Below, piece by piece: positions 8,922 to 17,470 of a DNA stretch of 38,390 nt (the first letter of the stretch is position 1; each line of letters opens with the position of its first letter). Source of the DNA: Nanobdellota archaeon (GTDB lineage: Archaea > Nanobdellota > Nanobdellia > Pacearchaeales > GW2011-AR1); contig DAOWJK010000011.1 of the NCBI GenBank assembly GCA_030640395.1, positions 1 through 38,390 on the forward strand, read 5' to 3'. Both the position numbers and the translations under genes were made by a program. Under the pieces are notes generated by a model. The model did no database searches, was not told where the DNA came from, and was given only the letters and a program-made list of their open reading frames with translations.

Positions 8922-9083
8922 ATGAGGGTTCGTTATGTCAATATTTCAATAACAGAAGATTTAGCTAAAAAAATAGATGAGTATGTTAAAAAAGCAAAAC
9001 AGGGTTATCGCTCAAGAGCAGAATTTATTTCTGAATCTATTAGATTAAGATTGGGAATTATCAAGAGCAAAAAGAAATCTTAA
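8922..9083 (+). CDS. Ribbon-helix-helix (CopG/MetJ-like) regulator, 53 aa
   Basis: Manual translation MRVRYVNISITEDLAKKIDEYVKKAKQGYRSRAEFISESIRLRLGIIKSKKKS*; beta-strand plus GY.SRAEFI..SIR pattern. Confidence 0.85.
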   Translation: MRVRYVNISITEDLAKKIDEYVKKAKQGYRSRAEFISESIRLRLGIIKSKKKS

Positions 9084-9697
9084 ATCTTCTCCTTCAACTT
9101 CCCAATCTTCCTCCAACTCTTCTTCAACTTCTTATTACTTTCTTTAACAATTATCTTCAAAAATTTATCATCAACTAGAATTTTATTTTTTTCAATAATT
9201 GGAAACTCTAATTTTTCTGTACTATTCAATTCAGCAACAAATCTATTTCTCGTCGCTATTATCCCGGACCTCTTCCAACCAGCCAACTTTGCTTTATTTA
9301 AAAAAGATTGAGCATCATCCAAACTATCACAAGCAACATGTAAAATACAAGGTTCAGATTTAAATTTTATGCCCTTAGTAAACATTTTCTGGGAAAATGT
9401 TTCGGGGTACACACGAAGTGTGTTTATTCTTTTTTCCTTTTTAACAATCTCATTCAAATCCTTTTTCAACTTATTAAAACTAATCATCTCATGATAAACT
9501 TTCAAAAACAAACCTTTTTCTTTTTTATCCTGATTAATCATTAAAACAATCCTTCCAGAACACGAAGAAGTCGTGTAAAAATTCTCAAGAGAATTTATCT
9601 TCTTACATAAAGAAATTATTTTTTCATCCCATTTCTTTTTAGAAGATTTATCTAATTTAGAAAGAATAGATTTTTTTCGTTGAAGGAAATTATTCAT
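9080..9697 (-). CDS. taw3: tRNA wybutosine-pathway methyltransferase TYW3/Taw3
   Basis: DKSSK..WD, FYTTSSCSGRI, EPCILHVAC, AGWKRSG, STEKLEFP. Confidence 0.93.
   Translation of the reverse strand: MNNFLQRKKSILSKLDKSSKKKWDEKIISLCKKINSLENFYTTSSCSGRIVLMINQDKKEKGLFLKVYHEMISFNKLKKDLNEIVKKEKRINTLRVYPETFSQKMFTKGIKFKSEPCILHVACDSLDDAQSFLNKAKLAGWKRSGIIATRNRFVAELNSTEKLEFPIIEKNKILVDDKFLKIIVKESNKKLKKSWRKIGKLKEKI
9370..9420 (-). mobile_element. In-frame double-hairpin insertion (51 nt) in taw3
   Basis: + strand TGCCCTTAGT-AAACATTTTC-TGG-GAAAATGTTT-CGGGGTAC-ACAC-GAA-GTG; encodes TLRVYPETFSQKMFTKG. Confidence 0.85.
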
Positions 9698-9730
9698 AAG
9701 ATTTAAATAAATTCAAAACTATTAAAACTT

Positions 9731-10315
9731 ATGGAAAAACCAATAATTGCGACAAATATTGACGGACTTTTAATAGAACATTCTGCATTTATAGAACCAC
9801 ATAGAAAATGGTTTGAAAGAGCAATAGAAAAAACAGGAGATGAATCCTTAAGAAAATATATTGGAGCAGACCCTTATTTCCCGGGTGTGAATATTGCCAT
9901 GGAAAAAATTATGCCAGATGCTACACCAGAACAAAGAACAGCACAAGCAAGAACATGGTATCAGGAAGATGTTATTAAATATATAAAAGAACATCCGGAA
10001 ATAATTAAAAAAAATGTGGCAGAAAAATTAAAAGCATTAAAAGAAAAATACAAATTAATTCTTTTAACAACAAACACTCAAGATTATATAAACAAGATAA
10101 TTGAAGTTTCACATCTTCATGGAATTTACGACGACATAATTGCGAGCAATACAGAAAAAGAACCAGACAGAGAAGAATTAATAAAAGAACTAAAAGAACA
10201 ATACCAACAACCAAAATATTATTTTACTGGGAAAGAAGACCAAAAAACAATTACAAGATTTGAAAGTTTAGGAATAAAAATAATTACAAAAGAAAATATT
10301 GATGAGATAAAATAG
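9731..10315 (+). CDS. HAD-superfamily-like protein with degenerate motifs
   Basis: IIATNIDGLLIE (motif I, first Asp replaced by Asn), LILLTTN (motif II), YDDIIAS. Confidence 0.7.
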   Translation: MEKPIIATNIDGLLIEHSAFIEPHRKWFERAIEKTGDESLRKYIGADPYFPGVNIAMEKIMPDATPEQRTAQARTWYQEDVIKYIKEHPEIIKKNVAEKLKALKEKYKLILLTTNTQDYINKIIEVSHLHGIYDDIIASNTEKEPDREELIKELKEQYQQPKYYFTGKEDQKTITRFESLGIKIITKENIDEIK

Positions 10316-10352
10316 TTCTGTGAAGATAAATAGCAGGGGTTTTAGAAAATGA

Positions 10353-11072
10353 TTAATGGTAAAGTTCACCTAATGTACAATCCATATCCACAATTTTTTC
10401 TCCGTAAACCCATTTAAAATCCAATTCAGTTCTAACCACTTTTTCAATAATTTTTTCTGGAATTCCTTTAATTTGTTCTGCAACGAATTCGTCTAAAGGT
10501 GCTTTCTGAGTATGTTCAGGCCATTGATTATATTCACACAATAAATTAAGCCCATTAATAGCATACCGATTTTTTAAATCACATTGCTCTAAAGGATTAT
10601 CTTCTTGTAGCCACTCATAAGCTCTTTGAAGTTGTGTAACAAATACCTTATCCCAAAATTGCTGAAGGGTTTTCCCCCAAAATGGAGGGAAAAACAACTT
10701 TTCTAAAATCCCAAATTTCTTTTCCGGATGATTCTCGTAATATCTTGCTTGATTCCATGCTTTGAACATAAATGCTAATTTCTCCGCCCCAATACCTATT
10801 TTTGCAATCTGATAATCTGCCCTAAATAAAACTTTATTTATATTAATATTAGCTTTTGCTACAGGATAATCAGAAGGTTTGGAAAGTAATACTTTGGGGG
10901 CAAAAATCGGTTTATATTTGTCATCTAAAACCTCTCTTGAATAAAGAACTCTTTCAATAAGTTCCCGAGAAGGAGCTCTAACATAAAAATTAGTTCTGTC
11001 ACCATTACCAATAAAATTATCAATCCTTTCCCTTACTTTCTCTTTATCTATCTGAGTTTCTAATTTTTCCAT
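10353..11072 (-). CDS. Hypothetical protein
   Basis: 239-aa ORF with TATA-like sequence upstream; no recognisable motif. Confidence 0.7.
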   Translation of the reverse strand: MEKLETQIDKEKVRERIDNFIGNGDRTNFYVRAPSRELIERVLYSREVLDDKYKPIFAPKVLLSKPSDYPVAKANININKVLFRADYQIAKIGIGAEKLAFMFKAWNQARYYENHPEKKFGILEKLFFPPFWGKTLQQFWDKVFVTQLQRAYEWLQEDNPLEQCDLKNRYAINGLNLLCEYNQWPEHTQKAPLDEFVAEQIKGIPEKIIEKVVRTELDFKWVYGEKIVDMDCTLGELYH

Positions 11073-11167
11073 ATAATCTAATAAGAATAATAGTTTATAA
11101 TTATTAGTAGTCCATAAATGTCGACTAAATAGTTAAATTTATAAGAGAGATTATCAATTAAATAATT

Positions 11168-11950
11168 ATGGAAAATAAGATAACAACGCTCTTAGAAGAG
11201 TATGGTCTTGATAAAAAAGAAATTAAGATATATTTATTATTAGTTGAAAAAGGAGAACTAAATGCATATAGTTTAGCAAAAATCACAGGAATTCATAGAT
11301 CCACTACCTATGCCGTACTTGAGAGACTTCTCTCAAAAGGATTTATCAACAGAATTCAGAAAGATGAAAAAACATTTTACTCTGCTTTTGAAATCACTCA
11401 AACAATAACTAAAATAAAAGAAAAAGAATCAATACTTTTATCTCTTATCCCAGAATTTGAAAAAGTGCGAGAAGAAGGCATATCAAAAGTAAGAGTATTG
11501 GAAAGTAAAGAAAGTCAAAAACAATTTAATTTTAATTTATTTAATCAAATAAGTAAAGGAATAATTAAAGAATTGTATATTATTAGTGGGGGGTCTTCAG
11601 ATACAATAAATATTGGAAAAGAATCTTCAGAAAATTTAAGCTCAGAAATATTTTTAGAAAGTTTATTAAGAGAAATAAAAAGAAAAAAGATCCATAAGAA
11701 AATAAAATATAAAGGAATATGGAATGAAAAATTTAAAAGAAGTAAAATTTTAAAATTATTCTCGGAATTAGGGAAAAATAAATTTCTTGAAAAACTCCCA
11801 ACTTTAGCAACAACAGTTATTTTTGGGGAGTATCTTGTATACCTTTTCACAATGAATGGAGTTCCACAAGTAATAGAAATTCAAAATAAACTAATTGCAG
11901 AAGAAAATAAATTTTATTTTTCTTATCTATGGAAACAGGCTAAACCTTAA
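11168..11950 (+). CDS. TrmB-family transcriptional regulator
   Basis: YGLDKKEIKIYLLL...LAKITGIHRSTTYAVLERLLSKGFI wHTH; C-terminal F..LW. Confidence 0.9.
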   Translation: MENKITTLLEEYGLDKKEIKIYLLLVEKGELNAYSLAKITGIHRSTTYAVLERLLSKGFINRIQKDEKTFYSAFEITQTITKIKEKESILLSLIPEFEKVREEGISKVRVLESKESQKQFNFNLFNQISKGIIKELYIISGGSSDTINIGKESSENLSSEIFLESLLREIKRKKIHKKIKYKGIWNEKFKRSKILKLFSELGKNKFLEKLPTLATTVIFGEYLVYLFTMNGVPQVIEIQNKLIAEENKFYFSYLWKQAKP

Positions 11951-11990
11951 AAAATTAGGAACAAAAATAATCATAAAAAAGATATTGACC

Positions 11991-12707
11991 CTATTCTTTC
12001 TCCAAAATTTTACAATTAATATTTTCTTCTTCACACAACTCACAAAATTCCCTGGCATCATCCTCGCTTCCAACAATACTCCCCCAGTGCATTGGAATCG
12101 CCAAATCAGGTTTAATCAACTTCGCAGCCTCAACAGCTTCCTCTGCACTCATTGTGAACCTGCCCCCAATAGGCAGCAAAGCAACCAATTTCCTGCCCTG
12201 CTGTTTATAACCTGTAAGCTTTTGCATCTCAGGAATAACATCTGTGTCCCCTGCATGATAAATAAGAACACTATTTATTTTTATGAGATATCCTACCCAA
12301 CCCTCTTCCTTAGGATGAAAATGCTTGTCAATATTATACGCCGGCAAAACAGAAATCTTCGTGTTCCCAAAAACCAACTCATGCCCTGGCTCAACAACCT
12401 CCAGCTTAATCAGCACATCAAACCGCACAATCTTGCTCTGGCAATCAGCAGTCAAAAAAATTTTTGTCCCTTCTTTAATAATTTTCTTAATGTCAGCAAC
12501 ACTGCAATGGTCATAATGGCTGTGAGTTATTAAAATCAAATCTGCCTTCTCAGAATCATCTTTGATATTATAAGGGTCAATATAAATCACCTTGCCCTTA
12601 GTAGAAATCTTCATAGAAGATTTATCGGGGTACGCCTGTGGTGTTGAATTCTTGATCAAAAATCCTGCATGCCCTAACCATTTAAGTTCAATATCATTTA
12701 TTTTCAT
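11991..12707 (-). CDS. Metallo-beta-lactamase-fold hydrolase (UlaG-like)
   Basis: WLGHAGFLI, IDPY, ITHSHYDH, YHAGDT, LLPIGG.FTM, AIPMHWG. Confidence 0.93.
   Translation of the reverse strand: MKINDIELKWLGHAGFLIKNSTPQAYPDKSSMKISTKGKVIYIDPYNIKDDSEKADLILITHSHYDHCSVADIKKIIKEGTKIFLTADCQSKIVRFDVLIKLEVVEPGHELVFGNTKISVLPAYNIDKHFHPKEEGWVGYLIKINSVLIYHAGDTDVIPEMQKLTGYKQQGRKLVALLPIGGRFTMSAEEAVEAAKLIKPDLAIPMHWGSIVGSEDDAREFCELCEEENINCKILEKE
12593..12643 (-). mobile_element. In-frame double-hairpin insertion (51 nt) in the MBL gene
   Basis: + strand TGCCCTTAGTAG-AAATCTTC-ATA-GAAGATTT-ATCGGGGTAC-GCC-TGT-GGTG; removal gives FLIKNSKVIYIDPY. Confidence 0.9.
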
Positions 12708-12798
12708 AAAAAAGAAAATTTGAGGAAGTTTTTAAAGATTTTGGGGTTATTTATTTAATGACAATAATTCTTATAAATGAAAGAATATTACAATTGAT

Positions 12799-13083
12799 AT
12801 GAAATCACTTGAAGATTTTAAGATAGAGTGTCCAGCATCATGGAAAGGGTTTGGACCAGGATGGAGGACAGTAGCAGTTATTTATTTTTTTGATAATGAT
12901 GGGAGAGGTTTAAGTAAGAAAGAGTTAAGTGAAAAAATAGAATTAAATGACGATGAATTAAAGAGAGGATTAGGAGCGATGCAACAAACAAATGAAATAT
13001 TATTTAGAGAAAATGCCACTGGAAGAAGATATTATTTAGAACCTAAAACAAGAGAAGCATTTAAAGGACTTTATAATCTTTAA
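12799..13083 (+). CDS. Small winged-helix-like protein
   Basis: GLSKKELSEKIEL..DELKRGLGAM...EIL...GRRYYL resembles a wHTH; TATA 21 nt upstream. Confidence 0.6.
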   Translation: MKSLEDFKIECPASWKGFGPGWRTVAVIYFFDNDGRGLSKKELSEKIELNDDELKRGLGAMQQTNEILFRENATGRRYYLEPKTREAFKGLYNL

Positions 13084-13112
13084 TTATTCAAGACTATTTT
13101 TTTCCCACTCAG

Positions 13113-13769
13113 CTATTGACTAGACTTTGAAAGATTGTGGCACTGATTGGTAATTTTATTAAGAGTTAATTTTTCATCCATAAATATTTCGTATATTTTT
13201 TTTACATTTTGGAGTTTTTTATAAGTGTTTTCCATTCTTCTTTTCAGTAATAAAAATTCTTCTTTTAGGTTCTCTAAATATACTTCTTTGTTATCTTCTT
13301 TTATTTCTTGGTCATCTAAAATCCACAGAAAAACAGAGATTACACCTTTCCTGCTTTTCAAAATACTTAAATCACTCTCAGGAATTTGATTAGCAGAATA
13401 ATGACAAAATTCGCTAATATATCTATTAACTTCTTCACTTTTGGGAATTATTTTTTTGAACTTGTTTCTTGTAATTTGATAACTTCTACCGAACTCAATT
13501 ATTTCTTTTTCTAATTTATTTAGTAGCTGTGGTGCTTTGGGGGTTAAACCAACTTTTTTGAAATCCTCTGTATACATTATTAAATTATCCCTCATCCTAC
13601 TTGTTTCTCCTTTTCCAAATAATTCTACTATTGAATCTATGCTCTCTTCTAAATTATGTTTGTCCCACTCCTCTCCAAATCCTTTTTGTTGTGTTTCTTT
13701 TAGAGCTTTTTCTAAATTAATTAGAGACCCATAGCTTTCATGGATTACTTCACGATATTCTTCTTGCAT
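13113..13769 (-). CDS. Hypothetical protein (helical)
   Basis: ORF; ATG 13769 has TTTATAAA 21 nt upstream. Confidence 0.65.
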   Translation of the reverse strand: MQEEYREVIHESYGSLINLEKALKETQQKGFGEEWDKHNLEESIDSIVELFGKGETSRMRDNLIMYTEDFKKVGLTPKAPQLLNKLEKEIIEFGRSYQITRNKFKKIIPKSEEVNRYISEFCHYSANQIPESDLSILKSRKGVISVFLWILDDQEIKEDNKEVYLENLKEEFLLLKRRMENTYKKLQNVKKIYEIFMDEKLTLNKITNQCHNLSKSSQ

Positions 13770-13927
13770 TTTAATCACATAAATTTTTAATTTATAAATC
13801 TTTTTACTCAGGGGCTCTGTTAAAAAAGTTCTTAGAGAAAAGTAAATAATCCCTGAAAACCACTCTTTAAAACTAAAAAAAGAAAAACTAAAAAAATCTT
13901 TGATAAAAAAACATTTATAATCTTTAA

Positions 13928-14428
13928 TTATTCAAAACTATTTTTTTCCCACTCCCCCATCTTCCCAGTTTTCAACTTTTTATCCAAAATCTCCAACTCT
14001 TCATAAATCCCTTCAATCAGCTCATAATTTTTTGCCTCTTCCAAACTAACCCATTTATATTCTGTTAAGGCGTGGCAAAGTTTAACATCTTCCCCAACTG
14101 GCTCTGCCCACAAACTAATTATTAACGAAGGAATATTATCTGAACGAATATAAACCAAACTCGTAACATAATTAAGATTTTTAATCTCCAATCCAACTTC
14201 TTCCATGACCTCTCTTTTGCTCAAATCCTCTAAAACATTATACCAGTGAGAAGAAGTGTCTTTTTCCCTTAAAGCATAATCCAAAACTTCCAACTTGCCC
14301 CCAGGCACAGTCCATTTTCCAGGAAATGCTTTTTCATAATCCGCCCTTTTCGCAATTAAAAATTTTCCGTCCTTAACTAAAATCACAGTAGAAGTAATAT
14401 AATGTGCTTGATTTTTATCGTATTTCAT
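13928..14428 (-). CDS. NUDIX hydrolase
   Basis: FLIAKR, FPGKWTVPGGKLE...REVMEEVGL Nudix box with an internal expansion. Confidence 0.9.
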   Translation of the reverse strand: MKYDKNQAHYITSTVILVKDGKFLIAKRADYEKAFPGKWTVPGGKLEVLDYALREKDTSSHWYNVLEDLSKREVMEEVGLEIKNLNYVTSLVYIRSDNIPSLIISLWAEPVGEDVKLCHALTEYKWVSLEEAKNYELIEGIYEELEILDKKLKTGKMGEWEKNSFE

Positions 14429-14469
14429 ACAAACAAAAGATTAAATTATTTTATAAGGATTATTGTGAT

Positions 14470-15879
14470 TTACTGCAACTTCTCAACTGCCTTCGCAATC
14501 CTCAACATCTTTTCATCTTCAAACTTGTCACAAGCAACCTGCATCCCAACAGGAATTCCATCAATCTTTCCAATCGGCAAACTCAGCGCACAATTCCCAT
14601 ACAAATTATAAGGAATAGTTAAAGCATCATAAGCATACATATCCTCAACAGAAATACTCTCGCCAATCTTATGCGGCAGCTTCGGACAAACAGGAGAAAT
14701 AATGCAATCAACCTTTTCAAAAGCTTTTGCCAACTCTTTAGAAAAAAACTCCTTTGCAATCAAAGACTTATGATAATATCTTCCATGATGCTCTGCCTTG
14801 GAAATTTCACTCCCTCCTAAAATTCTTCTCATAACTTCTGGACCGCAAGCATCCTCAATTTTCTTCCCATACCTCCTGCCATCCAGTCTCCGGGTTGCAG
14901 AAAAAAACTCAACATAAACCAAAGGATAATAAGTCGCAACAGCCAACTCAAAATTAGAAATCTTTATCTTCCTAATCTCCCACCCATATTTTTCGCTGGC
15001 TTTTTTAATTCTCTCCCCAATCAAATCATCAATTCTCTTATCCCGAGACTCAAAATCCAAAACACCAACAACTAACTTCCTAGGAACTTTATTCAAGTTC
15101 TTCAAATCAATTTTCTTGCCCCGTAATGCAGCCTCGTCAGAGGTTCTCGTGCCCTCTTTGGGTATACTTTGGGGTACACCAGGCGGTGTGCTTTCCTGAG
15201 AAATAGAATCTTTCTCATCTTTGCCATAAATCACACTTAACAACAAACCAGCATCTAAAACATTTTTTGCAATAGGTCCAATCTGATCTAAACTCATAGA
15301 AAGATCAATTAAACCATAACGAGAAACAGATGAATAAGTTGGCTTCACTCCAACAACTCCGCAGTGCGACGCAGGATTTCTTATGCTCCCTCCAGTGTCA
15401 GAACCCAAAGCCATGTCGCAAAAACCCGCAGCCACAGCAGCCACACTACCCGACGACGAACCTCCAGGAACAAAACCAAAAGCAGCAGGATTTTTCGTCG
15501 CACCAAAAGCACTTGTCTCACCAGAACTCCCGCACGCAAACTCATCACAATTTGCCATTCCCAAAATAATCCCTCCCTGGTCTTTAATCTTCTTAATCAC
15601 AGTTGCATCATAACCTGCCTTATAATTCTCCAAAACTTTAGAACCACACGAAGCATGCAAACCCTTAACATTAATATTTGCCTTCACAGCAATAACTTTC
15701 CCGGCAAGTTTTGCCCCAGCATTCAGTACTTTGGGGTACACCGAGCGGTGCCCAGATTTATTTTTTTTCGCTTCTTGCAAAGCATTTGGATTCATTTCTA
15801 AAATCGCATTTATTTTTTTCCCTTTTTTATTATTTGCTTCAATTTCTTTCAAGTAGTTTTTTAGTTTTTCTGTGTTCAT
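14470..15879 (-). CDS. gatA: Asp-tRNA(Asn)/Glu-tRNA(Gln) amidotransferase subunit A
   Basis: Amidase signature: IAVK, PGGSSSGS, GSDTGGSIRNPA, EV.RRI..G; gatC and gatB nearby. Confidence 0.95.
   Translation of the reverse strand: MNTEKLKNYLKEIEANNKKGKKINAILEMNPNALQEAKKNKSGHRSVYPKVLNAGAKLAGKVIAVKANINVKGLHASCGSKVLENYKAGYDATVIKKIKDQGGIILGMANCDEFACGSSGETSAFGATKNPAAFGFVPGGSSSGSVAAVAAGFCDMALGSDTGGSIRNPASHCGVVGVKPTYSSVSRYGLIDLSMSLDQIGPIAKNVLDAGLLLSVIYGKDEKDSISQESTPPGVPQSIPKEGTRTSDEAALRGKKIDLKNLNKVPRKLVVGVLDFESRDKRIDDLIGERIKKASEKYGWEIRKIKISNFELAVATYYPLVYVEFFSATRRLDGRRYGKKIEDACGPEVMRRILGGSEISKAEHHGRYYHKSLIAKEFFSKELAKAFEKVDCIISPVCPKLPHKIGESISVEDMYAYDALTIPYNLYGNCALSLPIGKIDGIPVGMQVACDKFEDEKMLRIAKAVEKLQ
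15117..15188 (-). mobile_element. In-frame double-hairpin insertion (72 nt, compound) in gatA
   Basis: Ends identical to the 33707-33745 copy (24 nt and 11 nt); encodes TPPGVPQSIPKEGTRTSDEAALRG. Confidence 0.9.
15712..15750 (-). mobile_element. In-frame double-hairpin insertion (39 nt) in gatA
   Basis: + strand TGCCCCAGCATTCAGTACTTTGGGGTACACCGAGCGGTG; removal gives KSGKLAGKVIAVK. Confidence 0.9.
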
Positions 15880-16298
15880 TTTCTTATTTTTTGGAGAGGA
15901 AGTAATTTCCTCTTATTATTCTCTCTGATTTTTCTTGCTTCCAAAGCTTTAATCCAATCTGCTTCATTTTCTAAAAATTTAACCATAGAATCTCTTGTTT
16001 TTGTTCTGACAACAATAATTATTTTTAATTTCCCAAAAAATATATCAACATCAAATTTCCCGTTTTGGTAATGTCTTATACAATCTTCAAAATCCGCAAC
16101 CTTTAACTCTACCTGAATAAAATTTCCTTTTTTGTCTTCACACTCCTCAAAAAAAATACTCTTAACTTTCTCAGGATTAAATCCCAAATGCCCCATAAAC
16201 TTTACAAAACTCTCTTTAAAGCCTTCATTTTTTTTCACACTATATCTATGCCTAAATCCATCATTATCTGTTCCAGTTAAAATTAATTTCTTTTTCAT
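15876..16298 (-). CDS. Hypothetical protein
   Basis: 140-aa ORF overlapping both neighbours by 4 nt, consistent with an operon. Confidence 0.75.
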   Translation of the reverse strand: MKKKLILTGTDNDGFRHRYSVKKNEGFKESFVKFMGHLGFNPEKVKSIFFEECEDKKGNFIQVELKVADFEDCIRHYQNGKFDVDIFFGKLKIIIVVRTKTRDSMVKFLENEADWIKALEARKIRENNKRKLLPLQKIRK

Positions 16299-17140
16299 TT
16301 TAACTCCCCAACAAATTTATTTATCCAATCAAAACTTCCATCATCAGTAATCACAACATCAAAATTCTTTTTGTATCGCTCTAAATTCTCCTCAACACTT
16401 TCATTCAAAAAACCAACTGAAACTAAATTATCATAATCAAAACCCTCAATCATCCCCAAATCTCCTAAACTATCCCCAATCAACAAAACATTTTTCCTTT
16501 TCAAAAGCTCACCATAAATAGGGAGATTTTTTACAGAAATTTCAGATTTGTTCATCACATGAATTATCGGTTCGTGAACCCCAATCGCATTCTCCTCTCC
16601 ATCCCATTTATATAAATTAGAAATTATATGAATATTATTATACAAAATTCCCTCTTTTTCAAGATACATCGGAATTGTATCCCCAACACCACTAGAAGAA
16701 AGAATAACCAACAAAATATTTTTTTCCTTTAAAAATTTAAGAAACTCAACAACACCTTCCCTAAATTCAAGAGACTCGTCATTGACAACTTTTTCCAAAT
16801 CAGATTTATTCAAACCAGATTTAATCAGCAAATCAAAATGTGCATTCCACCATTCATTCATTTTTTTAGATTTCTCCTCATCCTTAACATCAGTAGCAAT
16901 TTCAATTGGGTGATATTTATCAAAAAGTTCATGAGCTTTTTTTGCATAACCTTCAGTTAAATAATTTCCATTACGCAAATGTGAAATAATTGTATTCGCT
17001 TTCTTCTCATTAAAAAACGCCTTTGTTAAAGTCCTATCAAAATCAGCAAGAACATGAAATTTATCTGCTCCATCTTCTAAAATCTTTTTCTTTTTTTCTT
17101 CTAAACTTTCTTCATTAGCAATAATAACTTCATTTACCAT
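16295..17140 (-). CDS. Pyrimidine 5'-nucleotidase (cN-III/UMPH-1 family HAD)
   Basis: ADFDRTLT, Y.PIE, M.EWW, IISN, IHVMNK, NVLLIGDSLGDLGM, VGFLN, FDVVI. Confidence 0.9.
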   Translation of the reverse strand: MVNEVIIANEESLEEKKKKILEDGADKFHVLADFDRTLTKAFFNEKKANTIISHLRNGNYLTEGYAKKAHELFDKYHPIEIATDVKDEEKSKKMNEWWNAHFDLLIKSGLNKSDLEKVVNDESLEFREGVVEFLKFLKEKNILLVILSSSGVGDTIPMYLEKEGILYNNIHIISNLYKWDGEENAIGVHEPIIHVMNKSEISVKNLPIYGELLKRKNVLLIGDSLGDLGMIEGFDYDNLVSVGFLNESVEENLERYKKNFDVVITDDGSFDWINKFVGELK

Positions 17141-17176
17141 TTTTTCTTTCTGTCAAATTTATTTGATAGCAAAAAA

Positions 17177-17440
17177 TCATTGCCATGACTTCCTCTCCCC
17201 AATAATAAAATCTTTATTTTTATTCGGTGCATTCTCAAACATAATTTTCCTAAACTCATTATCACACTTTTCTCCCTCACCTTCTTCTCTTTCTCCTTTG
17301 TCTCTCTCAATCAAAGGCTCTGCCATTTTCTTATCAATCTTAGAAAGCTTTTTAGAAAAACTATCCATTATTTTTTTTGCCTGCTCTTTAATTTCTTGTT
17401 TTTCTTTTTCAGAAACCTTGTGCCATAAAAAATCTGCCAT
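17177..17440 (-). CDS. gatC: Amidotransferase subunit C (GatC-like)
   Basis: 87 aa; helix I..QAKKIMDSF, ERE motif, MFENAP..NKDFII C-terminal pattern; upstream of gatA. Confidence 0.75.
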   Translation of the reverse strand: MADFLWHKVSEKEKQEIKEQAKKIMDSFSKKLSKIDKKMAEPLIERDKGEREEGEGEKCDNEFRKIMFENAPNKNKDFIIGERKSWQ

Positions 17441-17470
17441 AAAAACTAATAGAATAAGAAGTTTATAAGA

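Noticed and set aside
14220..14290. Expansion within the Nudix box as another hairpin insert
   Set aside because: No inverted repeat or family motif is visible in the DNA; it looks like a protein-level subfamily trait.
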